A stretch of DNA of 64,000 bases, taken from the NCBI GenBank assembly GCA_965223265.1, contig OZ244999.1, positions 2,752,001-2,816,000 on the forward strand. The letters run 5' to 3'. Source of the DNA: Planctomycetota bacterium (lineage in GTDB: Bacteria > Planctomycetota > UBA8108 > SXIK01). A program made the position numbers and the translations under genes. Numbering within the stretch: the stretch's first letter is position 1; each line of letters starts with the position of its first letter. The notes below the pieces were generated by a model. That model was not told the DNA's origin. It was given only the letters and a program-made list of their open reading frames with translations, and ran no database searches. Positions 20,506 through 31,262 of the stretch are shown here, piece by piece.

Positions 20506-23500
20506 ATGTCGGTTCGACGTTGTGTGCTCTCATCTTTGGCGAGACGGATGGTCACCGTCTCACTTGCCTCCGTCTTCGCCGTCGCCTCCCTGTTCGTCCT
20601 AACCGATTGCGTCGTTGCGCAAGAGCGCGAAAACACACGCAGCAAGACGGATGGTCGTGCAGACGACGCGAGCGCGTCCGCTCGTGCGAACGAGAAGGCT
20701 CTGAGGTACTTTCAGGTCTTGCAGCGAAGGCCTCGCCCCGGGTATCTGTTCGACCGCTTCTACAACGCGTGGCTCGACACCGATTCGATCGCGGGACTTG
20801 AGCGTTTTCTGAGCGCCACCGTCGAGAAAGACGAGACGACACCGAACCGTCTCCTTCTCGCGTTCTTCTACGCCAAACAGGGCCAGAATGTCCGTGCTTT
20901 GGAACAGTTTCGCGCCGCTTTGAACAAAGATCCGGGCAGCGCTGAGGCGTGGTATCACAAGGCTCTCGTGGAGCAGCGCACGCTCGACTTTGACACCGCG
21001 ATCGAGGATCTTAGGCGCGCGCTCGATGCGGAGCCGAGCGCGGACCTCGAGCGTGACATCCTGCAGCTGCAAGGACGCCTCTATGCCCGAAGTGGTGACG
21101 CGTCAGCCGCCGCGCGCGTCTGGAGTCTCCTCCTCGAGAAGAATCCCCGCGACGAGGAGCTGCAGGAGGACTTAATCGAGCTGCAGATCTCCGAAGGGCT
21201 CTTTGATGTGGCGCTGGCGACTGCCGAGTCTCTCGTTGAGATGACGAAAGACCCATACCTCAGCGTCGTCCGGCGCCTTCGGATCGGTGACATTCATCAG
21301 TTGGCGGGCGCGCGCGACAAGGCTCTCGCCGCCTACGCCAGTAGTCTCGAGAGAGTCGGGAGCGACACGTGGCTCGAACGCGAGATTCTTCGGCAGATCG
21401 CCCAAGTTTTTCGCCGCGAAGATGACATCATAGGCTTGAAAGCGTACTTCGGGAAACTGCTCGAAGTCCACACGAAGCGGATCGGCCTCAGACGTCAGTA
21501 CTCCGAGACGCTCGCCGAGCTCGGGGAGAAGAAGGCTGCGAACAAGGCGTTCCTCGAGGTCTTACAGTTGACTCCCGGTGACCGCTCTATCCGGGAAGAT
21601 TACGTCGACATGCTCTCTCGCCTTGAGCTGCGCAGTGAGGCGATCGAGCAGCTGCAGCTGCTCGTTAACCAGTATCCCGACGACGGCGAACTTCTGATCA
21701 AGCTGGCCAAACTGCAGCATGAAAATGACGACAGTGGTGCCGCGAAGACGACGCTCGAGCGCTACCTTGAGACGTCGGACGGCTCTGAGTATTCGTACCT
21801 TCGTGCAGCACAGCTCATGGAGCAGTTTCAGCGCCAAGAGGCCGCCGACGCTGTCTTTCGGGAGTTGCTTGCGAAGTTTCCGGAGAGCGAAGGAGCACGC
21901 GATGCTCACGCGGCGTATCTTCACCGCCAGGGCCGGAAAGACGAAGCGATCGACGTCTGGCGAGGGCTCGCCCACGGAGCCGACCGAGAACGACTCGTCC
22001 GGGTGGCTCGCGCGCTGTCGTCGCGCAGTGAGCTCGTAGCTGCGTTTGAAATCCTCTCCGCGCGGTTCGGCGATTTCGGCAACGATCCGATCTACCTCAG
22101 TCAACTCTGCACGGTGGCGATTGGGCTCAAGAAGTTTGACGCGGCGCTACCGTGGGCGCGTCAGCTTGTCGTCCTTGCGCAGAAACCGCTGGACGTCGAG
22201 AACGCCGTCGACCGCGCTGCGCGCATCGTCCAGCGTACGGAAAAAGAGGTGGAGCTCACGCAGGCTCTCGCTCCATCCGAGCTGCCGCAGGAGATCTGTC
22301 TGCTTGCAGAACTTCACGAGCGCGCCGGCGACTCTCGAAGCGCTGAAGCCGCACTCGCTCGACTTGATCTTTCCGCTCCGGTGCTGGCGACCACGCAGAG
22401 AATTCGACTCTTCCGCCAGCGCGGCGAGTTCGAGAAGGCGGCGCGAGAAGCCGCAAGACTCGTCCGGCTTCCGGGCGGGCGACGCGCCGCGAACGTGCAG
22501 AAAGTCGTCGACCTTTTTGGCCGTGCTCACAATCTAAACGAGGCGCTGGAGTGGATCCCAGAATGGAAGAAACTCATCCCTGGGAGCACGGTACCGTGGC
22601 TCACTGAAGCGCGGTTACACCTCGCCGAGGGCCGAAACCATGCGGCAGTTGATGTGCTGCGCCGCGCGGTGCAAGCCTTCTCCGGCGACGCGCAGCTCCG
22701 TGCTACGCTCGCGGCGGCCTACGCGGACGACGGCAAGCTTGCAGATGCTGAACGCCTCTACGTGCAGCTCTACGAGGAAGCACCCAACGCCAGCGAAAAG
22801 ATTCGCTGGGTGCAGGAGCTTGCGCGTGCTGCCGAGCTGCGCGGTGCGACAGAGAGTCTTGTTGAGCAGTTCGAAGAGCGTCGGCGGAGCAACCGCACAT
22901 CCATCGTGCCACTCCTGGCGCTGGCGGAGATCCATCGCGTCGGCGACGACTACGAAGGGCGCCGCCGCGCACTCTTGGAAGCGGCGCGCATTCGTCCACA
23001 GGATCTGGACCTGCTCCTCGAGATCGCGCGCGTTGAGGAAGCGGAGCAGGAGTTCGATCGTGCGCTCGCCACCCTCGCGACGGCCGCTAAGCTAGCCAAG
23101 GGAAAAGAGCGAGACCGCATCCGCGAGCGTGTCGCGAGACTTCACTTCGCAGCCGGCGACGAGGACGAGGGCTTTCAGGTACTCCAGGAGATTGCTCGTG
23201 GCGATGACATCGACGCGCAGGCGGTCGAGAATCTCGCGCAGGCCATTTTTGAAACTGGTGACTGGAGTCGAGCTGCCGACTTCCTGCGGCCGTTTGTCGA
23301 CAAGTTCTCCAAGCACTACGGGATCGGCTATCTCTATGCTGTTGCGCTTGCGGAGAATGAAAGAGAGCTCGATGCTGCTCGCGTCTTCTCAAGCCTTCTC
23401 CGGGTTGACGAGGAGCCACCGAGACTCAGCACAACGGTCCAGAGTCACCATGCCTTGCAGGAGATCGAGAGCCAGCTGCGCGTTCTGCCGCCAGCTGCGC

Positions 23501-26500
23501 TTGAGCTTGTCAGCCTCCAAACAGCCAGTCGTTTTGCGCTGCGTCACAGGCAAATGAGCCGGCAGTACTTCGGGCCTCTGGGATTTTCCCAGACCGCCGT
23601 AGAAGTGCCACGAGACTTGAGGTCACTGCGCAGCTACTGCTTGGCATACCTCTCAGCCATCGGCCAGGAGCTTGAGGGCGATGATCTCGCCGAGGTCAAA
23701 GCGGATCTCGTCAGCGCTGGCGTCTCCTACGCGGACTACTTCTTTGACCTCGACTTCAATTCACTGCAGGACGGCGGCGGCATCGCGGCGCTTTTGGAGA
23801 AGCACCCGCGAAGCGAAGCTCTACTGTCCGTCGCTCTCATCTTCCAGGCAACCGGACAGGGAGTGATGGCGATTGATCAGCTTCGAGTAGCCGTTGAGAC
23901 GTTTGAGCGAGAGTGGCCGGAGCTGGCGTACTTAGGCGCGCTTGGGGCGAGTTTCTCTTTGGACGAAAATGTCCCCGAGGAGCTCAGCGAAAAGGCTTTA
24001 AAGCTTGTCGATTCCATCGACAAACCAGGCGTAGTTACGTGGGTTTCGACCCTCATGGCGGTTGGTGGTGCAACTTTCGGGCGTGACGTCGTCGGCGCGC
24101 TCGACGACAACGACAAGAAGATCCTCACCAGGAAGCTGGTCGAATGGTACCCGAAGGTCAACATTCAAAGTCTTCCGATCCAGTGGGTTTTTTTGAGCGT
24201 CGCCTCGGCGGTCGCCAGCTCTGAGGGCACTGAGGCGTTCCTTCACTTTCTCGACCGGGAAGTGCGCGAACGGATTTCCACACGCTCGAGAAAACCGTCA
24301 CAAGTTGCCATGTTCTTCGGTGGCCAGACTGGAAGTGAGCTTCTCGCTCCTTTGGAGTTTCCACCGCAAGTCCTCACCGACTTTCCGACCGTTGTGTTGA
24401 CGGCGCTCTCGAGCGACCGCAGCGGTTTCGCAGTGCAGCTGTTCGGCGATGGGCTCGAACTTGATGACGACGAGGTGAGAAAGTACATCGCCGAGCTGAA
24501 GTCTCCCATCTTGCGAGTTCTTCTCTTTCATCGCGTCGACGAGATCGACAAGGCAAAGGCTGAGATTGCGGCGCTCATCAGCGCCGAAGAACCGCGCGTC
24601 GACTCGTTTCTTCTGGCCGCAGCGCATTCTGCTCGGGTCGAAGACGACATGCTGAGCGCGATCGAGTATCTCGAGCGAGCTCGGTTCTTGCCCATGACGC
24701 GGGAGACGCGCCGGCGAATCGACGGGTCAATCGTTGCTTGGAGCGTCGACCGGTTGACTGGCGAGCCAGCGAAGGACGAAGAGATCAAGACTGCCGGACG
24801 AGAGGCCGTCCTGCGTCTCCGGCGTGCCTCGCTGACGGCGGAGCAGCGCGACGAGCTGGTCGCTGCGATGGAGCAGCTCGAGTTGACCAAGGAGGCGGAG
24901 AAGCTTCAGGATCGTATCGCATCTGCAGTCAATCAGCTCTTCTCCTTCCCCTCGGGGGGAGGCGCTAACCCGCAAAGCCCAGAGCGACTACAAAAGCTGC
25001 TCGTTTCCGGCGACAGGGATCGGGCCCTGAAGTTACTGGGTGCAGACCTCAAACGCTTCGCCAGCAAAGGCCTTCACGTTCAGACAGCGTTTGACGAGTC
25101 CTACGAGCTTGAGGAGTGGCTTCGCCCGATCGCCGTATACAACTTGGGAGAGGACCTCCTGAGTCTCGTCGATCCGGGGACCGCCGAGAATCCGCGGCGC
25201 TGGGCTCAGTACGGGTTCGCGTGCGAGGTGCTCGGCAAGAGGGAAAGAGCGATCGAAATGTACAAGCAGGTTGCCAGGGAGCGCCCGAAGGAGATGGGCG
25301 TTCGCGTCCGCTTGGTCGCGCTACTCCTTGAGACCCACCCGGAAGCGGCGGTCGGCCCTTTGCGTGAGCTGGACGCCATGGGGCTGGCGGCGGTCGGGCA
25401 GCACGCGACGGGCATGGTCGACGAGGAACAGATTCCTTATGCTGATCGCCTCCGTCTCGTCGAGACCATCGTCGACGCGGTCGCACAGCTGGAGGATACC
25501 TCGAACGTACCGCTATTTTGGGTGCCGCATCTTCTCGACCGACTTGTCAGGTCGAGCGACGCGGACGGTGTCGAGATCGGCTCGCTATATGCTGCGTCGC
25601 GGGCGAGCGCTCCGTCGGAAGCTGCAACGCCTCTTCGTGACCAGATTGCGTCTTTTCAAAAGCAGCGTCGAGAGATCCACGACAAAGTTTGCAACGTCAT
25701 GCTCGGCGTGCCGTCGCTGGCGTCTGACGGATTTCGACGCCTCTCTGGTTTCCTCTCCCTGGAGGGCAGGGAGGAAGAAGCTTTTCAGCTCGCCAAGACG
25801 GCGATTCTGGCGCAAGCAGAATCATCGCCGGGGCCGGTCAACCCCATAACGTTTCTATCGTTCGGCCTCTTCGAGTCAAACTCGGAGTCCATTCAGATGT
25901 GGGGGCCCGAACAATTCGTCGCCCGCTATGCATGGAAGAAGCAGGACCGCTCGCTCATTGAGCGTGACATTGTGCAAGTGGTCGAGAAGCAAAAGGGCCG
26001 CGCCAGGAAAGCGCTTGTCGTGGATCTCCGCGACCGTACCGAGCTTTTTTTCACAGCGCCGGAGGAGTTCCTGGAGCGTGCGAGAAAACACTGCAAGAAG
26101 CGCAGGAGTGGACCGTTTGGACCCATGCTGAGCGCTGGCGCGCTACAGCAGGTCCTGGACGTTTGGGAGCTCAGAGAGCTCGACGTCGAGATCGCTCCGC
26201 TCATCGTGGGGGAGCTCACGAAGACGCAAGACAGAGGTTTCACCGATTCGTTCAGTTTCCTCCACCGGTTCGTTTTGGCGCAATACCGGCGAGGCGGAGC
26301 GAAAGCCACTACGGCGGTGCTCGAAAGGATTGCAGAGGGCTATCTCGGTCCGAAGGAACAGCGCGCGGCGCGCATTGAGAAGCACTACGATCCGAACGAC
26401 TACTCGATTGGAACACCGAACGCGTCGATCCAGGCATACCTTCAGATCCTCGAGAGGCTCGGTCAGGACCACCGGCTCTTCGCTTCGGTCTACAGGCACT

Positions 26501-29500
26501 CTGAAGAACAGATCGAACCGTTTCTAGGTGGACGGCTCGTGGAGATCACGCCCGAAGCTCATCCCCTACTTGAACCCGAGACGTTCAAAGATTTTGACCG
26601 GACGACGCGGCTACTGACAGACTCGTTTTTCTTGGGCGGTAGCGACGACGTTCGCTTCTATCGAATTCACGGCGACGATTTCATCGACAGCATGTTTTTC
26701 CAGATTGGCTACCAGATGCGGCGGAGTGGGGGTGATTTGAAAGAAAAGTACCTCGCATTCCTCGACACAGAGAAGACGCTAGGCCGTGCCCTTCTGGGAG
26801 CGATCGCTGGTGACGAGCCGGAGAGGTGGAGTGGATTCCTCACAGAATTTCGCGATGAACTTAGAGCGCTCGCGCCGACACCTCGAGCGATGTTTGCCAA
26901 GCACGCCCGCGAAGATTTCGCTCGCTTCGTAGACGTCTCGAAGCTCACGGCTGAAGCGAGGGCGATCCTCGAGTGGGCGGAGACGCTCGACGACACCTCA
27001 CGGCAAGGGAAGATTGACGCATTGCTTGCGGCTAAAAGCGTCCGCGAGCTGAAGATCGAGCCCCACGAATTCGAAGATCATTTCGTCGAGTATCTCAGCG
27101 ATCTCCTACCGCAGGAGAGCGAGCGAGCGCTCAAGGTCTTTTGGAAGATCGCGGAGCTTGTGGAAAAGTCTGGACGGGACCGACGTAGTCGATTCTATAG
27201 CGCCGACTGGTCGATTTCCAGCCAACTGCTGCAGAGTCTCCTCTCGTCCGAAGGCAGTCCAGCGACGCTGAGTTTCGTCTACGACGTTTTGACGACGCCC
27301 GAGCCGCCCACGAAAGTGGAAGCGCCGAGCAATCGTGTCTTCGAATTCAGTTTGCAACAGCTCGTAAGCGATGCTCGCGGCGACCAGCAGCCCCGCTTGG
27401 ACGACCGCGCCGCCCTGAAACGCGCCATGGAGCGGTTGGCAGGGGCGCTTGCAGCGAAACACTATCGCTTGGCCGCCGCACCGTTTTTTGGGTTTCTGAC
27501 TGCCCTAGTCGGATCGGACCAGGGGCGCATTCAGGCGCTCCTGCCGCTTTTGCGCGAAGAGATGCAGCGCGATGCATATCCATCGCTCGCGAAGGAACTG
27601 TATGTTGTCGCGGCGCTGCGGGGGCGGAACAGTTCTTCGGATGAAGCTGCGTCTCAAGGCGCTCATCTAGGCGACGAGAACCGTCACGTCTTGGCGCTAC
27701 TCGATGACCAAGAAGTTCCGACCAATCTGCGCCTACGCGTTGCTGCGGCATTCTTGGCCTACAGTGGTGACGTTTTGCCGCTTGCAGTCACCGCCCGCGC
27801 AATCGATTTGCTGGTCGCCGCGTGGGATCAAAAGATGTCCGTCTCCGCCGATGATGTACGGCGCGCGGCGCGAGGCCTGATCCACCATGCCCGTCAACGG
27901 GATGGAGCCTGGGATGCAGCAGCAGCAAATCTTGTGCAGGCTTGGAAGAAGAACGTGCTGCGAGGCGAGGCTTCGCGCCGGCATTCGTCGTTCGATGTCG
28001 GCTACCAGTCGAGGTCGGTGGTTTTGCAACTCTGCATCCTGCTCGGGGACGACGCCAGCATGAATCAGATCCTGGAGAAGTCGGATGGGGAGCCGGGTGC
28101 TGAGTGGATGTTGCTTCTCATTCGTTCGGGCTCCGCTGAGCAAGTGACGCGGGTGCTCATGCGTCGCTGGAAACAATTCGACTGGCGCGGCTTCAATAGA
28201 GATCGGGAGCTCTACCTCTACGACGAAGAGATCGAGCGGAAGGTGCCGGCGATCCTCGAGCGACTCGAAAACCCTGACATGAAGCTCTTCTTCGAGGCCT
28301 TTGTCGCATCGCTTCCGGACCCAAGTGCGCCAGGAGCCGATGTCACGCCGCGCGAAGTGGGTAGCACCAAGCCGAGTCACACGCAGAGTCGCGACGCGGA
28401 AAGCTCGCGTTTGACCCCACGCGACGAGCGCCTTCTTCGGCTCGGTGAGCGGATCCGTCAGCACCAATTCCAGAACATCTCGCTTCGCGACGCGGTGCTT
28501 AGTTTCGTGACGGAGTCACGACCAGCGGCGGCGAAGCTGTACGACGAAATCAAAACTGCGGCGGCTGGAGTGACGCCGCTGATGTTCGCACAGGATCAAT
28601 TCGAGAATCAAAGCGGGTTCGACTCAACCCAAACGAAGACACTCTTCGAGACCTATTTTCGGTTGTCTCTGCAGCGTGGACCGCAGGTTGCGAGCGAGAC
28701 GCTCGCGGCGATTTCGAAGATCCAAATGCGACAACCATATCTCCGTCAGATGGCGTTAGCTCAGTTTCTCGGGATGTTTCATGACGCGTTCAGAGAGGAC
28801 GTCGCAACCTGGACACCGCAAGTACGAAGTGAAAACGTTGGGTTTTGGAGTGAGTTCATCTCAATAGAAAAACCCTACCAAGCGCTGGAGGAAGAGTTGT
28901 TCTCACTCGCGGGGATTGGATTTCTTTACTCCTATTTCGAAGGCGACGGCACCGCGAAGGTGTATGAGGCGGCTTTTTCTCAGCTCGATGCGCCGACGCT
29001 GAGTCGATTCGAACAGAACGTTGAGTTCTTCGAAGCCGCTCTCCGAGAGGTGCCCCATGCTATGCGGAACCGGTCGATCCCACGGGAGCGTCGCGTCGCC
29101 ACGGCGGTCGCGCTGCTTTCCCATCCGGTCGTCGTGGCGTCGATCGAACGGCACGAGGAGTATCGTGTACGTGCCTTTCAGCGGCTGCTGAAGTCACAAC
29201 TACTTTCCACGAGCGAACTCCTGGAGATCGGGCCTGAGCTGATACAGGCAAGCCCACGTGGTGGATTTGCTGCCGGGGAGCTTGCTAGTTACCAAGAGAG
29301 CGCGAAGCAGTTCGAGGCTGCGATCGGATCGTACGACGAGGGGATTCGCCAAGTTCCACCGGCGAGTAGGGGACGCTACTCGCAGTTCCACATTGCCAAG
29401 GCGAAGCTGCTGAAGCAGCTGCAGCGACCGAAGGAGGCGCTTTCGGCTCTCGAAGAAATGGACATTGAGCGCCTCAGCGATTCGCTCGCGAGCGAGTTTA

Positions 29501-30546
29501 AGAATCTTCACCTCGAGCTGGAGCTCGCTACGAAGGTGGTGACGAGCGACGAGCTCGACATCGTTCAAATGCTCGCCAGCGGTTTTGCAGCCGGGGAACA
29601 ATCGGATGGAGGCCGAATCGCTGCGATCGGGGTCGCGTTCCAAGCGCTCGGGGAGCATTGCGCTACCCAACAAAAGCACGAAAAGGCGGCAGCCTATCTC
29701 TACCTCGCTGCGAAAACGTTTCAAAAAGTCGATGCGGAGAAGAAAGGCAGCGTGGGCGAACGCTTGGGGGCCATAGCGCGCGACCTTGCGATCTCCCAGG
29801 CCGCTTTGGCGCGCATCAAGAAGCCGATGGAGATCGTCACGCCAGGTGCTGCCTGGAGATATTTCGACACAGGAGCTGATTTAGGTTCAGCGTGGCGAAC
29901 CCTCGAGTTTGACGACAGTGGCTGGCGCCAGGGGTTTGGAAAGTTCGGCTATGGCGACGGCAACGAGGCGACCACGATTGACTTTGGCGGCGACCCCAGA
30001 AGGAAATACATCACGACTTACTTTCGTAAAGAGATTGGAGTGGACGACCCGGAGGAGATCGAGACAGTCACCGTCGATGTCCTGCGCGACGATGGCGTCG
30101 TTGTCTATATCAATGGCAGGGAGCTCTTTCGCGACAACATTGCAGAAGGCGCGGTGACGGCTCGAACTCTTGCGGTGGAGACGATAGATCGTCGCGATGA
30201 GAACAGGTTCTACAAGCACGAGAACCTCGAGGTGAGTGAGATGATACTGGCCGGCAGAAACGTCATTGCCGTAGAGCTGCACCAGCGGCATCCAGCCAGC
30301 TCGGATTGTGGCTTCGACATGTTCGTGCGCGCTAACGTCGTCAGCCTCGAGGAGCTTCTGAAAGGCGTGCCGGTCGATTCTCTCCCCGCGACCCTCGGCG
30401 ACGACGTCTGGAATGCCATTCCGACGGCGATTCGCCCTGCCGTGCGGAAGGCTCCGCAGGCCGGGCTGCCTGCAGCGTCGGACGGCGCGAAAAAGACATC
30501 CAATGAGGAGCGCGGTGCGCCTGCAGAGAAAGCGGGCGGGCGGTGA
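20506..30546 (+). CDS. Giant secreted TPR-repeat protein (~3,346 aa) with C-terminal jelly-roll/galactose-binding-like domain
   Basis: RBS AAGGAGG before ATG 20506 and a signal peptide. Many TPR-like helical repeats in the first ~1,000 aa. C-terminal WRYFDTG...FDDSGW..G..GYGDG...TTYFRK...DDGVVVYING..NVIAVELHQ. Confidence 0.88.
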   Translation: MSVRRCVLSSLARRMVTVSLASVFAVASLFVLTDCVVAQERENTRSKTDGRADDASASARANEKALRYFQVLQRRPRPGYLFDRFYNAWLDTDSIAGLERFLSATVEKDETTPNRLLLAFFYAKQGQNVRALEQFRAALNKDPGSAEAWYHKALVEQRTLDFDTAIEDLRRALDAEPSADLERDILQLQGRLYARSGDASAAARVWSLLLEKNPRDEELQEDLIELQISEGLFDVALATAESLVEMTKDPYLSVVRRLRIGDIHQLAGARDKALAAYASSLERVGSDTWLEREILRQIAQVFRREDDIIGLKAYFGKLLEVHTKRIGLRRQYSETLAELGEKKAANKAFLEVLQLTPGDRSIREDYVDMLSRLELRSEAIEQLQLLVNQYPDDGELLIKLAKLQHENDDSGAAKTTLERYLETSDGSEYSYLRAAQLMEQFQRQEAADAVFRELLAKFPESEGARDAHAAYLHRQGRKDEAIDVWRGLAHGADRERLVRVARALSSRSELVAAFEILSARFGDFGNDPIYLSQLCTVAIGLKKFDAALPWARQLVVLAQKPLDVENAVDRAARIVQRTEKEVELTQALAPSELPQEICLLAELHERAGDSRSAEAALARLDLSAPVLATTQRIRLFRQRGEFEKAAREAARLVRLPGGRRAANVQKVVDLFGRAHNLNEALEWIPEWKKLIPGSTVPWLTEARLHLAEGRNHAAVDVLRRAVQAFSGDAQLRATLAAAYADDGKLADAERLYVQLYEEAPNASEKIRWVQELARAAELRGATESLVEQFEERRRSNRTSIVPLLALAEIHRVGDDYEGRRRALLEAARIRPQDLDLLLEIARVEEAEQEFDRALATLATAAKLAKGKERDRIRERVARLHFAAGDEDEGFQVLQEIARGDDIDAQAVENLAQAIFETGDWSRAADFLRPFVDKFSKHYGIGYLYAVALAENERELDAARVFSSLLRVDEEPPRLSTTVQSHHALQEIESQLRVLPPAALELVSLQTASRFALRHRQMSRQYFGPLGFSQTAVEVPRDLRSLRSYCLAYLSAIGQELEGDDLAEVKADLVSAGVSYADYFFDLDFNSLQDGGGIAALLEKHPRSEALLSVALIFQATGQGVMAIDQLRVAVETFEREWPELAYLGALGASFSLDENVPEELSEKALKLVDSIDKPGVVTWVSTLMAVGGATFGRDVVGALDDNDKKILTRKLVEWYPKVNIQSLPIQWVFLSVASAVASSEGTEAFLHFLDREVRERISTRSRKPSQVAMFFGGQTGSELLAPLEFPPQVLTDFPTVVLTALSSDRSGFAVQLFGDGLELDDDEVRKYIAELKSPILRVLLFHRVDEIDKAKAEIAALISAEEPRVDSFLLAAAHSARVEDDMLSAIEYLERARFLPMTRETRRRIDGSIVAWSVDRLTGEPAKDEEIKTAGREAVLRLRRASLTAEQRDELVAAMEQLELTKEAEKLQDRIASAVNQLFSFPSGGGANPQSPERLQKLLVSGDRDRALKLLGADLKRFASKGLHVQTAFDESYELEEWLRPIAVYNLGEDLLSLVDPGTAENPRRWAQYGFACEVLGKRERAIEMYKQVARERPKEMGVRVRLVALLLETHPEAAVGPLRELDAMGLAAVGQHATGMVDEEQIPYADRLRLVETIVDAVAQLEDTSNVPLFWVPHLLDRLVRSSDADGVEIGSLYAASRASAPSEAATPLRDQIASFQKQRREIHDKVCNVMLGVPSLASDGFRRLSGFLSLEGREEEAFQLAKTAILAQAESSPGPVNPITFLSFGLFESNSESIQMWGPEQFVARYAWKKQDRSLIERDIVQVVEKQKGRARKALVVDLRDRTELFFTAPEEFLERARKHCKKRRSGPFGPMLSAGALQQVLDVWELRELDVEIAPLIVGELTKTQDRGFTDSFSFLHRFVLAQYRRGGAKATTAVLERIAEGYLGPKEQRAARIEKHYDPNDYSIGTPNASIQAYLQILERLGQDHRLFASVYRHSEEQIEPFLGGRLVEITPEAHPLLEPETFKDFDRTTRLLTDSFFLGGSDDVRFYRIHGDDFIDSMFFQIGYQMRRSGGDLKEKYLAFLDTEKTLGRALLGAIAGDEPERWSGFLTEFRDELRALAPTPRAMFAKHAREDFARFVDVSKLTAEARAILEWAETLDDTSRQGKIDALLAAKSVRELKIEPHEFEDHFVEYLSDLLPQESERALKVFWKIAELVEKSGRDRRSRFYSADWSISSQLLQSLLSSEGSPATLSFVYDVLTTPEPPTKVEAPSNRVFEFSLQQLVSDARGDQQPRLDDRAALKRAMERLAGALAAKHYRLAAAPFFGFLTALVGSDQGRIQALLPLLREEMQRDAYPSLAKELYVVAALRGRNSSSDEAASQGAHLGDENRHVLALLDDQEVPTNLRLRVAAAFLAYSGDVLPLAVTARAIDLLVAAWDQKMSVSADDVRRAARGLIHHARQRDGAWDAAAANLVQAWKKNVLRGEASRRHSSFDVGYQSRSVVLQLCILLGDDASMNQILEKSDGEPGAEWMLLLIRSGSAEQVTRVLMRRWKQFDWRGFNRDRELYLYDEEIERKVPAILERLENPDMKLFFEAFVASLPDPSAPGADVTPREVGSTKPSHTQSRDAESSRLTPRDERLLRLGERIRQHQFQNISLRDAVLSFVTESRPAAAKLYDEIKTAAAGVTPLMFAQDQFENQSGFDSTQTKTLFETYFRLSLQRGPQVASETLAAISKIQMRQPYLRQMALAQFLGMFHDAFREDVATWTPQVRSENVGFWSEFISIEKPYQALEEELFSLAGIGFLYSYFEGDGTAKVYEAAFSQLDAPTLSRFEQNVEFFEAALREVPHAMRNRSIPRERRVATAVALLSHPVVVASIERHEEYRVRAFQRLLKSQLLSTSELLEIGPELIQASPRGGFAAGELASYQESAKQFEAAIGSYDEGIRQVPPASRGRYSQFHIAKAKLLKQLQRPKEALSALEEMDIERLSDSLASEFKNLHLELELATKVVTSDELDIVQMLASGFAAGEQSDGGRIAAIGVAFQALGEHCATQQKHEKAAAYLYLAAKTFQKVDAEKKGSVGERLGAIARDLAISQAALARIKKPMEIVTPGAAWRYFDTGADLGSAWRTLEFDDSGWRQGFGKFGYGDGNEATTIDFGGDPRRKYITTYFRKEIGVDDPEEIETVTVDVLRDDGVVVYINGRELFRDNIAEGAVTARTLAVETIDRRDENRFYKHENLEVSEMILAGRNVIAVELHQRHPASSDCGFDMFVRANVVSLEELLKGVPVDSLPATLGDDVWNAIPTAIRPAVRKAPQAGLPAASDGAKKTSNEERGAPAEKAGGR

Positions 30547-30649
30547 AAGTGAGCGCCGCGCGAAGAGTCGATGAATGCGAGTGAGTGGGCACTCTCGCTC
30601 TGACGTACTCGAGGTGATTTTCGGCGCGGGCGGTCGCGGAGCTTGAATC

Positions 30650-31078
30650 GTGAAACGATCCAAACAGGTGATTTCCGTTCTTGTCGCGTTTGGCGTAGGA
30701 CTGATCGGCCTGCGCTTGAGGCTATTGGCGGTCGGTGCTGCGGGATACTTCGCCTCAACGCACGAGTGGCAATTGGCTAGCGAGCTGTTGTCGACGTTGC
30801 TGGTCTACACGGCAGCAGGCTTTCTTGTCGGCCGGCGTTGCGCGCGGGTCTGGCTTCTTTGCTGCTGTGTAGCAATCCTGCCCTACGCAAGCTGGCTGCT
30901 GTTGAAGTTCGCCGACTCGGTTGTCGTCGAATCAGTCCATTGGATGGGGTTTTACGTCGCGATCATGGGGACGCTGGCCGGAGCGAAGCTCGCGGTAACG
31001 CTGATTCTCACGCGCGTTCCGCTCACACCGCGGCGCGCCCACCGCCAGATCGTCGACGTATGGATCTTTCGTCCGTGA
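30650..31078 (+). CDS. Hypothetical four-TM membrane protein whose C-terminus runs into the island remnant
   Basis: Four hydrophobic segments. The last ~20 codons are antisense to the DUF1580-like gene. Confidence 0.55.
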   Translation: MKRSKQVISVLVAFGVGLIGLRLRLLAVGAAGYFASTHEWQLASELLSTLLVYTAAGFLVGRRCARVWLLCCCVAILPYASWLLLKFADSVVVESVHWMGFYVAIMGTLAGAKLAVTLILTRVPLTPRRAHRQIVDVWIFRP

Positions 31079-31140
31079 ACTCGCGGCAACGCAGCCGCTG
31101 CCTCAGAAAGTGTAAGAACTTTCTCGTCGAGAATAGCCAT
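31015..31140 (-). pseudogene. Truncated DUF1580-like (planctomycete excisionase-like HTH) gene
   Basis: RBS GGAGG. MAILDEKVLTLSEAAAALPRVHGRKIHTSTIWRWARRGVSG fits the N-terminus of this family, then similarity stops abruptly. Confidence 0.7.
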
Positions 31141-31210
31141 GTAATAAAACCTCCAAGAGCGTCATTGCAATCACTGCGAATTGAGTGGAGGATTTACCAT
31201 AGGTGGTTGC

Positions 31211-31248
31211 GCTTTCCGGCAGTTTCCGTCGCTTTCCGGTGGTGTCAA
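31211..31248. promoter_or_regulatory. Three phased 10-bp direct repeats next to a minus-strand TTGACA
   Basis: GCTTTCCGGC AGTTTCCGTC GCTTTCCGGT at 31211-31240 and TGTCAA at 31243-31248, between divergent genes. Confidence 0.55.
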
Positions 31249-31262
31249 GGAGGTTGAAACAA

